This document shows, in pieces, positions 1 through 14,610 of a stretch of DNA of 64,000 nucleotides. This DNA is from Camelus ferus. Taxonomy: Eukaryota. Position 1 is the stretch's first letter. Every line of letters starts with the position of its first letter. Made by a program: the position numbers and the translations under genes. The notes under the pieces are model-generated. The model was not told the origin of the DNA. It saw only the letters and a list, made by a program, of their open reading frames with translations, and searched no databases. The stretch spans positions 56,110,001 through 56,174,000 of the forward strand of contig NC_045705.1 in NCBI RefSeq assembly GCF_009834535.1, written 5' to 3'.

Positions 1-1506
1 ATTGAATCTATTTCCCCTTTATGTAACAAAGTTTTCTAATGTCTACTTTACCTTCTGAATCAAATATAGTAAGTTAAAAAAAAAAAGTAATACCCAAATA
101 GTCATATAAATGTAAAAATAGCAGCATATATACTTGTGCATGATGATACTAGGTGACACAATAAAGTTGTCAGGTTCTTACACCTATACATAGATTCACC
201 ATAAATACGAAGTTTATAAATACCAATGAATCGGTGTATTTTACTGATTACTCAAATGCCATGAGAAATGTTATTATTGCTGTTAGTGATGTAATTTTCA
301 AAAATGTTAATAATTTCTGGTAATTATCTCAACATACATTTCTAAAATATCTGGTGTATGTTTGCATGTTAAAACTATAGAAAGATAATTTCGGATTATT
401 AGTAAAGCAAAATGAATAATCTTAACTCACAATAGTAAATACAAACAAAGTGAAATTCTACATTCAGAACATTACAGCTTTTGTTTTTTTCTTAACTACA
501 CAATGTCCAGTTGCATATCTGAAATTCCTCTCATACACAGAGCATTTTGTGGCAGGTGGGGAGGTTGGGAGGAATTATTTTATCTATTGCAGGAGGTTTC
601 TTTATGGTTTATAGTCACTAAATCCAGCAATGCCTACAAAATGCTATCACAATAATAACAAAAACATAACAAAAATTTTCTAAGATGCCCCCCTAAAGAT
701 CAGCATCACCTCCATTAGGAAATACTGGTAGAATTATAGTGCTGATCATAGTATCTTACTCATAGTAAGCATATCATAAATGTCAGCCACTCTCATTGTT
801 TCTATTACTATTGAAAATAAAGTGAGTAAAGTATAATAAGAGAATGCCAAATAACAGGCATTTTTGTCATCTTACTTATTGTTAGGTTTTAAGTAAAATA
901 TTTTCTTTTTAAATAATGGGGAGAAAATCCACATCCTCTAACAAGTTGTACTCAAGTAGGGAGCTTTTGACATGATGGGAAACTCAACTGATTACATTCC
1001 AAATGTGAGTCTGAATAACTCAATACCAAACTAAAATATAAACCCATGGAATTAGTTGAAGTAGTTGAAATGCCATGTTCTCTGTGCCATCAGACATTTG
1101 ACTTCTCTATATCCATATACTTGTTTTAAGGCTACAGTGGATAGCTCTGTGCTTGAGAAGAGCAGTTCTAGAAAATACTTTTGACCTTTGCGCCTGAGTC
1201 TCAAAGGTTTTTTATCATGCTTGGGAATGATGCAGTTAAGAAATTTAACTCTCACCTTTGCAAATGGAGGGTGTGATATATAAGATCCCTTTTAGACTGT
1301 CTAGTATGCTTTACAAATAATGACACCACAAATCTTTTAGGCACACATTATTGCCTATTTCTAGTTTTACTGTATTAACAAATTCTTGTTGTTACTTTAT
1401 TTTCTCCCATTATTGACCATGAAATTCAAGATGCTGGTAAAGATTAGCTCTCAGGTATAAATGATGATGTTACCATTATAAACTATATTCCTTATTAAAA
1501 GCATTG

Positions 1507-1630
1507 TCCTCATAAAAGAGCTTAAGAATTATCAATTTTATGCCTAACTCTGATATTTAAGCTGACATCCTCATAAAAGAGCTTAAGAATTAACAATTTT
1601 ATGCCTAACTCTGATATTTAAGCTGACATC
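1507..1630. repeat. 61-bp tandem duplication (2 copies, 1 mismatch)
   Basis: tcctcataaaagagcttaagaatta[t/a]caattttatgcctaactctgatatttaagctgaca at 1507-1567 and again at 1568-1628; read directly. Confidence 0.97.
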
Positions 1631-1906
1631 TCTGAGCAATTATGTTCTAGGATTAAGACTGTTGGAAATAATATGAAGCTATGTATATATCACAGGGAAT
1701 TCTGACATGATAATACATTTTGGAGGAAGTCTACAAGATATCTGTGAAGCAACCTATCTTAAGAAAAGATCATGGGAATGTAAGGAAGTTCCTTACATCT
1801 GTGAGTCAAGATGTTCCACCTCAGAATCCTTAACATGGACAAATTGAAGTTTGACATAATTAGGGATATAGACATCATCTCTTTAAAAAAAAAAAAAAAA
1901 AAAAAA

Positions 1907-2135
1907 GCCTGCATGACTTGAGAATGTTTATCTGAAAGAAGAGAGAAGACTAAGAGGAAGCCATACAGATGTCTTCAAGTATTTGAAAGACTATGATAAA
2001 GCAAATATACCTTTTTCTGTATGGCAACCAAAAGAAGACACTGTATCTTTAGTTGATGTTAAAAGGGAAGGTTTCAATTTAAAAAAAAAAGAAAAAAAAT
2101 AGAAATTTAACATTCAAATAAAATTCCAGAACTTC
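1907..2135 (+). mobile_element. Ancient L3/CR1-type LINE 3' fragment
   Basis: gaagagagaagactaagaggaagccatacagatgtcttcaagtatttgaaag resembles the recalled CR1/L3 3' consensus; highly diverged, boundaries approximate. Confidence 0.45.
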
Positions 2136-2464
2136 CCATTATATACTTAGATGTATCAAACGCAAATCTCAATTTGAATCCACAAGGGGAGGAAGAGAAG
2201 TGGGTAGGAGTCTTAAACGACACCAGCATTGGTGACAGAATCTCTCTGCTCCTTCTGTGTGGTCAGACTAAGTTTGTCAGGACACAGTACAGAGACCTCT
2301 ATCTGTGTGGTTAATCTCTCACTTAGTTCAAAATTTGAATGTCACTGGGAAGTTATTTATGCCAAATTATTTTATAAATCTAATATAAGTCAGATTGATC
2401 CCTGATTGTTCCATTATTCACCATTTCAGTTGACTTTCAACATTTATACATACTCAATTTTTGT

Positions 2465-2506
2465 GGTCCTAGGTTCAATTCCCAGTACTTCCATTAAAAA
2501 ATAAAT
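2465..2506 (+). mobile_element. 5'-truncated fragment of the tRNA-derived camelid-type SINE
   Basis: ggtcctaggttcaattcccagtacttccattaaaaaataaat matches the B-box/tail half of the full copy at 8317-8436. Confidence 0.7.
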
Positions 2507-3410
2507 GTCTTTAAAATTCATACATCATTTTAATCTAAGTAAGGAAAACAGAATAGTATTTATTTTTTTACTATAATTCATCACTGGCCTATTATACTGT
2601 AAACACTATTTAAATATATCCACATGGAACACATAGAAACACATGAGCGACAGTATCAGATCTAGCCCTGAAGCTCTCCATCCTTAAGTGCCCTCAGTTT
2701 TTGGTTGCGAACTTTATATTCAGAACTTTTAAAAATATCTTTTCAGAGTTGAATAATTAATTTGGTTCCTTGTGCTACCTTCGACCTAAATGCCTGGATG
2801 CTGTCTTTACTTATTTCTTTAATTCCATGCATTGTAAAAATGGGCCAGTGGACAGGATTTACTCTCTCAGGCTTAATTTCCAAAAAAGCACTGTAAATAA
2901 TAACCCTTTCTGGAAGAAGGATTTCCAGATGAAATACGGGATACTGAATTAAATTAGAATTTCAAATAAATAGAAAATATATTTAGATAATAATAACATG
3001 AAATATGCTGATACATTTATGCTAAAATATTATTTTTTAAAAGCTGTTTATTTTAACTTCAGATTTCACTATGCATTCAATATTTTATTTGCAAAAGCTA
3101 TCAACTCTACTAGGAGGCAATTTTGGACAATAATTCCCCAAGGAACACATTTGGTTGCTCCTCATTGTCTCATCCAGGGACCAGTGGCCAGAGGAGAGAC
3201 CTGACACCACTCTTCCAAATCTAGTTCATCAAGAGAAATAGAAAGATCAGTATTCTATAGATGTCCTTGAGTTTTCACAACTGGATCCCCTTCTCCCAGT
3301 TTAACCGCCCAGGCCTTTCAGCGGCTTAGAGATTGTTCAGCTAATGGGAAATAGAATAGAGCCCTGTCCTCAATCCCAAGATTTTGGCCTATTCTGCTCT
3401 CTGAGAAGCA

Positions 3411-3922
3411 TGTTGGCTGAAATAAAATGCACTACCTATAAGTTAAGAGTTATGTTTTATTTGGTGGACTTTCTGAGGACTCGGACCTAGGAGGCAGCTT
3501 CTCAGATTGCTCTAAGAGACTGTTCTGCCCAGACAAGAGAGAAACCAGGCTATACAGGAGTTTTTGCAACAAAGATCAGGTAGTCAGAACATCAAAAGGT
3601 TACTGTTAATTAAAGAAAACCAGAAATCTCAAGTTAAGGAATTTAATGGTTTTCTTTGTATGGGAAGGTACAAAGGTCTGGGCTCACTGAAATCATTCCT
3701 TTGTTATGCACCTTAGCTATGAGGGACAGTATCCTGTTCTTTCCTGTTCTGAGTTCCCTCAGGGTGCACCGCTGGGGGTGGCAGCAGAGGCAAGCCTCCC
3801 TGCTTGTTCACATCCTGAGTTTCCTCCACTCACTGTCGGTGGTGGGGTGAGTAATAGCTGATGACTTGATGGCCACAGCATCCTTTGTTTACTGATATGG
3901 CTGGTAATATTTTTCATTCACA
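3411..3922 (-). mobile_element. Solo ERV LTR (ERV1-like, laurasiatherian type), about 510 bp
   Basis: TG...CA termini; ttttatt (AATAAAA on the minus strand) near the left end; body resembles recalled ungulate/carnivore ERV LTRs. No clean TSD found. Confidence 0.7.
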
Positions 3923-5471
3923 GCCAGATACTTCAAGGTCAGTTAGTAGGCCCAAATTTTAATATAATCTAGAAAAAGTTGCCAGAAGCCAATTACAAGA
4001 TCTGCCAGAAGCCAATTACAAGCATACCTTGGTTAATTCATTCCTAAAACTCTTGCTGCTAAATGAAAAGCTGTTTAATGGGGGGAAAAAAGTTATTTTC
4101 AGTAATTAAAATTATGATGTATTCCATCCCAATCAAAGATACCTAAGTGGTTTTCCATAGATTAAAAAATAAGTTAAAAATGATAATTTGACAGTAAACA
4201 AATACAGTTTATATACAAAATTGTATAATATTTTCCAGACTATTTCATTGTAAGTTGTTGGTAGAGGAGCAGTGAGGTACATTGCTCAAATTTTCATGCT
4301 AATGGATAAAGCAGGTCAGTTAACAGTCATTCTCCCATAAAAACAAAGAGTATTAGGACCACCACAACTCCCATCATCGTTAGTCACCACTACCACTTAT
4401 TAACATGGTTAATAAATGTTATTCTTTTTATTTAACACTATAACCATATGAACTTATTTGTTTCGTATAGACACCATGATATATGTACTGTTAGTATCCA
4501 TATTTTAGAGTTTATAAAATTCCAGATTGTAGAGCTTAAATTATACTAAAAAGATTGCACTATCAATAAGTGTCAGAACCAAGCCTGAAATCTCCTGCAC
4601 AGCATGGGGTCCCAAGGATGCTCTTGCTGGAGTTCACAGCAAAAGGAAAAAGAAAAAGAAAATACTCTTTGTCCATAGCTCTATCCATTTAGAATCTTTA
4701 GCCATTTAGTTTCCCAGAGCAACAGCAGAAGACCTAAGAGCTTTTCATTCGAAGTGTTTTAGGTTATTTTAGTGATCTCAAAGATATATAAATATGTGTG
4801 CATATCTGTTTACATATAAATACATCTATTTATTTAGGTGTTTTTAAAAAAGAAAAGAAGTAATAGGATATGGATTCCTGATATTTAACTACTTTTATCT
4901 TACAATTTGCCTTCTATGGAATAGACTCCTGACATTAATGACTGTGCTTTACTTGCACTTTACAGATCAGATAAGGGCTTTTAAATGATACTCACTGAGA
5001 AAAGGAGACAAGGATATTTGTCTGTGAGAAGGGAAAATCAGATCCTGGGATAAAATATGTTATGTAACATTGTAGTTTTTTTTTTTTTTTTCTTTTTCCT
5101 GCCATCCAAGTTAACATATTAAACCCCTCAATTCTAAATGTCTTATTTTGGGACATCCTCAGTTACTCTGTTTGATTTGGGCAAATCACATAGCTGTCAG
5201 TATTAGTGATATTTTGACGGGTTAATGTAAACAGCATATGTAAAATAAGCAATACTGTTAAAGGTCCAGGAAAGTCTGTCACTGGAGATTGGTCAGAAAA
5301 CATTAATGATGAAATATATGACAGAAAAAAGAGCAAATGACTCATCATATTTCCTGTTTTGATTCATGTCTATTAGAACATCTCCTTCATTGATCATCAG
5401 TGATTGTCAGTGCTAATTTCACAGATTTTTTCCCAAGGGTATGAATCAATTAAAAAGTCATAGGGGATTTA

Positions 5472-5526
5472 TACTGTACACCAGAAATGGACACAACATT
5501 GTAAACTGACTATAACTCAATTTAAA
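5472..5526 (+). mobile_element. 55-bp extreme 3' tail of a young L1 with a 20-bp target-site duplication
   Basis: aaaaagtcataggggattta at 5452-5471 and 5527-5546 flanks tactgtacaccagaaatggacacaacattgtaaactgactataactcaatttaaa, which resembles the tails of the L1 copies at 19790-19866 and 41868-41940. Confidence 0.88.
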
Positions 5527-6204
5527 AAAAAGTCATAGGGGATTTAATTACACTGCTTGACATTGCTTTTAGTTCTTTTATGTCTGTTTGGAAATGGAAA
5601 TCCCAGGCGTATATTTGAAAGGCAGTATTTAAATAGCAACAATAATAATGAATATAAAATGACTTTTCAAATTTGCTAAATAGCACATGGGAGATTTCAT
5701 TCTATGTATTTTTAATTTTAATATTACAAAATTCCTGAAAAGTAGATAATATTATCCTCCTTTTTAAGATAAGTAAGTAACATCAAATAAGCTGATGCAA
5801 CTTAGGCAAAGTCTTCTTTTAGAAGCCTTTGAGGCAGGTATTGCGTAGATAATATTTTATAATTGCCTCACACCATATTAGCTCATAATTCTAGTGTTGA
5901 AGAATGTGAGGCTATGGAAAGTTTAATCAATTTCAACTGTGAAGACAAATGTTTTCCCTATATAATCTGTATGTGTTTAGTCCCATAGAAGTGCAATTAA
6001 ACATTCACCATTATGACCCTAATACCCACACGCTTTTAAATTATTGGTTCCTGAGGTTAGTCCTCTAGTGACTACAAAACTTTGGAGGATGTCATCTGCT
6101 CAATTAGTGAGAATCCTCTAAAAGAAAGAGAGATACTCTCACTCATGATCATTGACAGCTATACTCATGAGGCATTAGTTTTGTATAACCCTCTGGAAGA
6201 GCTT

Positions 6205-6398
6205 TGGGTGAAGGTACAAAAAGTGTGTTCATGTGGGTTCCTCCACTGTAACAAATGTACGACTCTGACTAGGGATGTTGACAATGAGGGAGGCTTTGTG
6301 TGGGGAGAGTTAAGGGGTATGTGGAAAATTTCCATACCTTCCACCTAATTTTACTGTGGACTTAAAACTGCTTTATATAAATGGAATTTTAAAAAAAC
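6205..6398 (+). mobile_element. Old L1 (L1MC/L1MB-type) 3' end fragment
   Basis: ccactgtaacaaatgtacgactctgactagggatgttgacaatgagggagg...ttttactgtggacttaaaactgc matches the recalled L1MC-type 3' UTR; a related copy lies at 13215-13555. Confidence 0.7.
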
Positions 6399-6424
6399 AA
6401 CTTAGAGTGAAAATTTAAAGTTAG

Positions 6425-8190
6425 GAAATTGTCATTTTCCTTTCCAGAGTGTTTTTGGTATTTATATTTCCAACAGCAATATATAAGAGTACCTATTGCT
6501 CCACCTCCTCACCAACACTTGTGATAATCAGTCTTTTTTTTTAAGTTTTTGGACATCGTAATAGTGTGTTGTTTTATCTCATGAGATTTTAATTTACATT
6601 TCCTAACTACTAATGGCAATAATAATGACTCGTGTTTGTGTTCAATTTTTATATATCTTTTGGTGAAAAAGTCATTAAAATATTTTGCTCACTTCTATTG
6701 AATGGTTAGATTTTTTTGACCTAATTTTGAAAGTCTTTTATGTATACTACATGCAGATCCATTACCACAGTTACTCTACAGCATTTTCTTGCAGTTTCAA
6801 CTTGTTATTTCATTCTTTTAACAGTGCTTTAGAAGAGCAGAAGCTCTTAAATTATATGAAATCAGTTTATTATTTTAAAAATGTATTTGGTTATGAATCT
6901 TTAACATAATTTTTCCTAGTAGATTTATAATTTAGTTTTATGATCCATTTTTACTCCATTTTTTTGTGTGTAGAAATGCAAGGTATAGATTGAGGTGCAT
7001 ACATTTGTATATCATTATACAATTGTTTCAAATCTATCTATTCTACATTGAATTGCCTTAGCTTTTTGTTGAAAAGCAAGTAACCCTATATATGTGTAGG
7101 TCTATATTTGGGCTTCTTCTCCTGGGATAATGATCAAATTTTGTATGTTATGCCACTAGAACACTGTCTTTATGAGTGTATATTCCTCAACTTTGTTATA
7201 TTATTTTTCAAAGTTGTTTTGGTTATTTTAGTTTTTCACATGTTGGCATAAATTTTAAGTCAGCTTTTCAATTACGACCAAAAAAATGGCCTCCTGGAAA
7301 TGATAGGAATATGATTAAATATACATATCAACTTGGAGAGAATAGATATAGCCACAATATCAAGACTGAATACATGACAATTGTGTATCTCTCCATTTGT
7401 GTATGTCTTTGTTAATCTCTCTCAGCAATGATTATTAGTTTTCTCTATGCAGGTCATATATATGTATTCTTTAAATATTTTACTTTTAAGCTATGTAATA
7501 ATATGTTTATTTCATTTTAATGGGATATCATTAATATAAGAAATCCAAATGTTTGTATAGTGAGTGACTCTGTATCCTCTAAACTTGATAAACTCATATA
7601 TTAGTTCTAATAGTTTTGTAGGTTACATAAGAGTTTTCTGCATGGACAGATCATTTCATCAGTAAGTAGAGTTTATTTTTTCTTTCCAAAATCAATGATA
7701 TTTTTTATCTCCTTTGTTTGCCTTAATGTATTTACTAGAACCACTAGTACAATAGTGAAAAGACATGATAAGAGAAGAGAGCCTTGCATTTTTTCTGGCA
7801 GTGGAGAGAAATTATTGAGTTTTTCATTATTAAGTGTAATTTAAACTTACATTTTTTAATGGATTTCCTTTACCGGTTGGAGAAGTTTCCTTCTCTCCTA
7901 GTTCTCCGAAATGTTTATCAAGAATTCAGGAAGGGTTTTGTGAAATGCTTTTCCTGCATTTATTAACATGATCATATGTTACTACTTTTGTTTGAAAGTA
8001 TGGTGAAATATGTTGATTGATGTTCAAATACAAAAGTTATCCTTGCATTTGTGAGATGAATGCTACTTGGTCATGATATATGGTCATGTTACATATCACT
8101 GAATTCTATTTGCATAATTTTTGTTGTTAATTTTTACAGCTGAATTTATGAAGAAATTTGATAACTAATTTTATTTTCATGAATACCATC
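6425..8190 (-). mobile_element. Old degenerate L1 ORF2/3' region
   Basis: Antisense L1 ORF2 hallmarks such as ccaacagcaatatataagagtacctattgctccacctcctcaccaacacttg and ccttgcatttgtgagatgaatgctacttggtcatgatat; no long ORF. Confidence 0.75.
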
Positions 8191-8316
8191 TCTGTTTTGG
8201 TATGATTGTAGACCTTGCAAAATAGAATGAGTTTTACTCTTTCAGAGACAGAACTGAGGGATAAATAACACACAGATTGCCATAACCCTTTGGGTGAAAT
8301 TGAAAAGTATCACCTA

Positions 8317-8436
8317 TGGAGGGAGGGTATAGCTAAGTGGTAGAGTGTGTGCTTAGCATGCACTAGGTCCTGAGTTCAATCCCCAGTACCTCCATTAAAT
8401 AAATAAATAAACCTAATTACTGCCCCTTCCCCCCAA
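8317..8436 (+). mobile_element. Full-length tRNA-derived SINE (camelid-type) with 14-bp TSD
   Basis: A-box (tagctaagtgg), B-box-like (gagttcaatccc), AAAT tail; TSD aaaagtatcaccta at 8303-8316 and 8437-8450. Confidence 0.9.
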
Positions 8437-8869
8437 AAAAGTATCACCTAGATCAAAGTAATACTGGTAAACCAAGAGGTAGCTGAAGAACAGACTGCAA
8501 CATATTGATGGATGAATCAAAACGTAAAGAATTTCATACCACCAGAATCTTCTATTTTATCAAGCCTGTACATAAATTTTACTACTGACATGGAGAACAA
8601 CACTGTCCTCACATATTCAAGAATTTCATTACATTCTTTACCTAGTCCCACAATCTTCTTTCACTTTCTGTGAGAAAAAACAATATAATGTATTTGAAGT
8701 CGAAATGGAGATTACATGAAGGCATTGTTGAGTGTGAGTTTAGGAGACTCTAATAAAGGCTAAAATAATGCCTTAGTGGCCTTTATGTAATCTCAATTTT
8801 GGATGCCCTGGGAGATGTACAAGATGAAGGTTAGCTTACAAGAATTTATCAACTACTGAATACATTGAG

Positions 8870-9810
<941 letters not shown>

Positions 9811-9856
9811 CCTGCTGTGGACTCTTGGAAGATACTGTGCTATCTTCTTCAGTATT

Positions 9857-9885
9857 TCTAGGGAGACCTGAGGGAATATATGGTG
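9857..9885 (-). promoter_or_regulatory. Candidate splice acceptor(s) for the coding exon of the 8870-9810 OR
   Basis: The minus strand reads atatattccctcAG|gtctccctAG|aaa about 50-60 nt upstream of the ATG; OR genes typically have a non-coding first exon. Confidence 0.45.
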
Positions 9886-10479
9886 GTTGGTTATCACTAT
9901 ATATAATAACATACAATTAAACTCTTAAGAACATAATGTAAAGGAATTTGAACACAATTATCTCTCAGAGATATTCAAATTAGTGCCTATTCCATTTAAT
10001 ATTCCATGGGCTTATGGGAGTTAGAGTCTTTTCTAGTGGTAGTGTTGTGCAGTGATTCTTGATTATCTTTTAGCTCATTCTTTTGTGAAATGCTTATCTG
10101 TGTATGTTACTATCAACTGAAAACCCTTCCAGTAACCAGAACTTGTATAACATTTTCCAGTTAATCTGGCTACCTAGTTGAGCAAGAGAAACTTCCTCAA
10201 TGTTATTTTAAAAATTATGAGGACTGGAATGGGAAACTTTCCATATAATGGTAAAGAAAATATCCACTCATGAATCTCATCTGCCTGTCATAGTCCCCTT
10301 TCTCTAGATGTTACATTTTCCTTTATTTGCTTTAATTAGACAATGTTTAATCTATCTTTTAATCCAACTGTGCTTTTATGCTATTGTTGAATTGATTATT
10401 AGTATTTTTCTACTTTTATAGTAAAAAGGTGTGATTCTCCATATAAACAAATAATGCAAAGACTGTGATAAACTTAATA

Positions 10480-12160
10480 GAGGTAGAAAAATAATCATTT
10501 AATTAAACATCCATGTGTGATATTTAAAATAGTCTGTCAGCAAAATAGGCAAAAAATAAAACTTGTTCAACTAACTGAAAGAAATGTATGAAAAACCTCC
10601 AGCTAACATCATACCGAATGGTGGAACACTGAAATATTTGTCCCTAGGATTTGGAATAAGTCAAGAATATCAGCTAGCATCAATTATATTTAATATTTTA
10701 CTTTACATAGCAAAGTCAGTATATCAAGAATAAAGTATGTAGAACTTTTAAGAATTTAGAACAAATAATTTAGCTTATAAATTGCTCAAGTATAAGAATA
10801 CTTTTTATATTTGCTATTAACAATTAGAAATTAAAATTTTAAATTACAATTCTGTACAATTCACGATGTCACCGACAATGACATAAAAAACATGGAATAC
10901 TTAGCAATAAACACTTAAAATTATAAAACATGGCAGAAATTAAGAAGACTTAAAATTTTTAAACATGTAAAATATATCCATGGTTTAAAAGACTGAGCTT
11001 CCCAAATTAGTCAATAAATTTATACTTCAGTGAATACTGAGGAATTTATGCTTATTCTAAAGTTATAGGAATAGCCTCAATTCATTGGAAAAAGAATGAC
11101 AAAACTGTGACTTATACTATAGAACTTCAAACTTATAAAACTGTAGTAATCAAGGCTTATAGTATTGGGATAGAGATAGACAAGTAGATTGCTAAGATTG
11201 GAAAACAAAATTCACAATCCCTTATTTCTGAAAACAAACTTTTGTCAAAGTCATAAAAAATTATTTACAACAAAAAAAATAAGAAAAACAAACATTAGAA
11301 AAAGAACTAAAGAGACCTAAACTGACACTTGGCAAAGGAAAATATATAAATGACATTAAAAATTCTCAAAATTATTAGGCATCAGGAATTGTGCATTAAA
11401 ACTGTAACAACATATTACTAAACAAGCACTAAATTTACATCTAAATTTAAAAAAAACACGATAACACCAAATTTTGACAGTGATGTGTAGAAACCGATTG
11501 TCTTAAATTACTCAACAATAATTGAACTCCTAGTTGCTTACTCAAGACAAATGAAAGCATATGGCTACGCAAAGACTTGTACAAGAATTCTCATAGCAGC
11601 TTTATCCATAACTACCCCAGAGTGGAAACATCACAACTACTCATAACCAAATAAATAGACAAATCAGTATTGGAATGTTTACATAATGAAATTCTATGCA
11701 GCAACAAAGATGGATTGACTACTTATGAATCTAACAACAACATAGATGAATCTAAATCATCAAACTGAATTACCAATTACTACTAAAGAGTCTAACTAAT
11801 TTCATTTCTATGAAGTTCTAGAGCATACAAAAAAATAGGTGCTGAAAATATTAGTGGTTTCATGGGATTGAAGGAGGTCCAGGACAGACTGGGAAGGAAC
11901 ACAAGAAGATTTTTGAGGTGCTAGAAAAATTCTGTCTTTATTGAGGTGTAGGCTATAGGCTATAAAGATATATGCATTTGTCAAAAATGTACAGATAAGA
12001 TTTGTGAATGTAAACGTGCAAATTTTACCTTAAAAAATTAAATCCAGTTCTGGAGAAAATAAAATGTGTACATTTCTTGAAATTGGATGATAAGAGATTC
12101 ATGCATATCTATTGTTTGCATATGTATGAAATGACTCATAGTTAAATAGTATGAATATAA
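10480..12160 (+). mobile_element. Old L1 (L1ME/L1MD-type) ORF2 remnant and 3' UTR
   Basis: cagctaacatcataccgaatggtggaacactgaaatatttgtccctagg (RT region) through the 3' UTR motif gatatatgcatttgtcaaaa; decayed. Confidence 0.75.
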
Positions 12161-12929
12161 ATCTAGTCAAAATAAGTTCCATCTTTAGTATTTTATGGTA
12201 TAATATACAATGTAATTTGATTTAATATAATATTCAATTTTGGAGCTTATTTTAGAGATAAAATCATTTGCCTCATTCAGTTACTAGAGGAAGCTAAAAA
12301 CCCTAAAATCTAACAATATTTCACAATCTCAGTCAAAGAACATAAAATAAATAACCTGTTATACTTAAATATTCAGTAATGATTTCTGTTGTGAATAGGA
12401 TTTAGCTTTTATTTCTGATATTTTCTCTCTTAGTCATATTTATCAGCTCTAAGACCCATGATAACTATGAAATTGTCTTCATGATTATTTGCAACAAGTT
12501 CATTGATGATTGAAATTACTGTGAATAATGACAAATTTCATGGAAATTACAGTCGCACAGCATGCTAGCTTTATGTCACAAGTTGTGGTATACTATTTTC
12601 TCTGAGATTTCTTAAATTTATAATTTACTTTTCATGTAGTACAGTATTTACCCTATACCCTACTAAAATTTCTCATATTCCTCAACACATTCAACAAAAT
12701 TTCGTATTCTATTATTAAAATTTAACACTTATTTCAGGAAGCCAGAAGCCTAATCAACTAGGAAAGTACCAATTGAGATGGCTTTCAGGATGTATATTTT
12801 TCTCCAATTCATGTATATAATGGCTATCTTTCTGATTTATTTGAGTGACTATGCTAGCAAAGCATCAGTCGAAGAAAATAATATTTACCAAAAATTGTAT
12901 TAAATTGCTTTATAAATATTCCCACTCAA

Positions 12930-13055
12930 ATTTCAAAAGAATTCTATGAGGTAGATGTTATTATCACACCAGATTTACATGCAAACAAAGCTAAGGTTAA
13001 GAGAGTCTAAGGAACTTGTCTCAAATAATGCATAAATGTAAGTTGTATGATTAGA
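12930..13055 (-). mobile_element. MIR fragment
   Basis: ctatgaggtagatgttattatc...aaagctaaggttaagagag is the antisense MIR core. Confidence 0.6.
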
Positions 13056-13214
13056 ATTAGATTAGATTAAAAAAAGGTACATGTGTGCTCCTCAGGAATG
13101 AAAAGGAAAACATTGACAATTTAGATCATAAATCATCTGGTTTGGAATTGGTGAGGGTCTTTGGGTGGTCCTAGACTCAAGAAAAGGTGAGATTGGAAGA
13201 AAGAAACAAAACGC

Positions 13215-13555
13215 TAAGAAGAATGAATAGATGGAGCCCAAGGGATTTTTAGGGCAATGAAATTATTCTGTATGATACTATAGTGGTGGCTACATGTCAT
13301 TATGCATTTGACGAAACCCACAGAATGTACATCAAGAGTGAACCCTAATGTAAACTATGGACTTTGGTTGATAATAATATGCCCATGTTGGTTCATCGAT
13401 TGTACCAAAAATGCCACACTGATGAGGGATGTTGAGGGTAGTGGAGTATATATGTGTGGGTGGGGAGGGCTATGTGCAGACTCTTTGTATTTTCTGCTCA
13501 ATTCTGTTGTGAACCTGAAACTGCTCTAAAAGAATAAAGTCTATTAAAAAAAAAT
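13215..13555 (+). mobile_element. L1MC-type 3' end with A-rich tail
   Basis: gtgaaccctaatgtaaactatggactttgg...ctcaattctgttgtgaacctgaaactgctctaaaagaataaagtctattaaaaaaaa. Confidence 0.8.
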
Positions 13556-14499
13556 AACAACAACAAAAAAAACCCACTAAGGATTTGAGTGGCTCTTGTC
13601 AACTAGCACAATGAAAACATGCTGACTTTTTGGGGAGTACAGAAAGTAAAGGCATATGAATTCCAGGGAGCTGTTTCTGGCTAGGGAAACATCGAGGACT
13701 GTGAAACATATAACTTGACATTCTCTAAGACCATATCTCAACTCCATTTCCTGTTGTGCTGATGATACCATCTGATAAGTAGATCCTCATTAGAAATTCA
13801 CAGTCATTACATGCATGAAAAAGGAAATTTCAGGGATTTAAAGTTTTGTCAGTGCCATAAATGTGGAAAAGTATAGACTTTAGAGGCCACTTGGTCAAAA
13901 CTTCACTCTTAATATCCAGAGGGAAAGTTAGTCCTCAACTTTGTATCTGGTGTTCTACCACCATCAGGGGACAGTAACCTGTTTTAATATTTTTGTAGCT
14001 CTAATTCAGGGTTTTAATATTTGGCATATATAGCAATGACAACTTCCTACATATAATGTTTAAAGCAGACACTGATAACACATTACTTTATGACAACATA
14101 TTACTTTATATTTTTATATATGTTATTTTTTAGATAAGTTTATTGCCACAACTTCTCAACAAAGTACAACTGACATTGACCGTCCATTGAAAGATAGCTT
14201 ATAGGATGAACCAGTCGCCCCCAAGCTCACCTATTCATAAAAGCTGTGAAGGTAGGAATTTATTTGAAGGTCTCATAATTTATATGGTTTCGGATCTTGA
14301 CTAGCAGATAGATCGTCTTATTAGTCTGTTCTTGCCAGCTGATATCCACTTGGTTTCAGATTCATACATGGACTTTTTCTGTTTACATAAGCACCCATCT
14401 GCATATTATGGCTGATCAAGAATCAGTTGGTTTGATGTTCAGGGACATTCCCTTTTAACCCAACAAAACATAGTTTTATGTCTTCACTCTCCCACATTC

Positions 14500-14610
14500 T
14501 AATGACATTAGGAAAATCATTCCCTGAGCCTTATTTTATTTATCTGTAGAGTTTGAGATAATAATAGTACCAACTTATATGGCTCTAGTGCTAATAAAAT
14601 AAGATGTTGC
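14500..14610 (+). mobile_element. MIR fragment
   Basis: ccctgagccttattttatttatctgtagagtttgagataataatagtacc is the MIR core. Confidence 0.6.

Noticed and set aside
490-730. Possible hAT MITE near the window start and MIR-like pieces at about 1150-1295, 4470-4590 and 16040-16100
   Set aside because: Too diverged to support a family call or boundaries by eye.
1507-1630. CRISPR-like or satellite array (also short direct repeats at 3980-4022, 33564-33605, 61186-61223)
   Set aside because: Only two adjacent copies each, with no repeat-spacer architecture; ordinary local duplications in a mammalian genome.
8317-8400. tRNA gene
   Set aside because: A and B boxes are present, but the AT-rich tail, TSD and lack of a proper cloverleaf mark it as a SINE.
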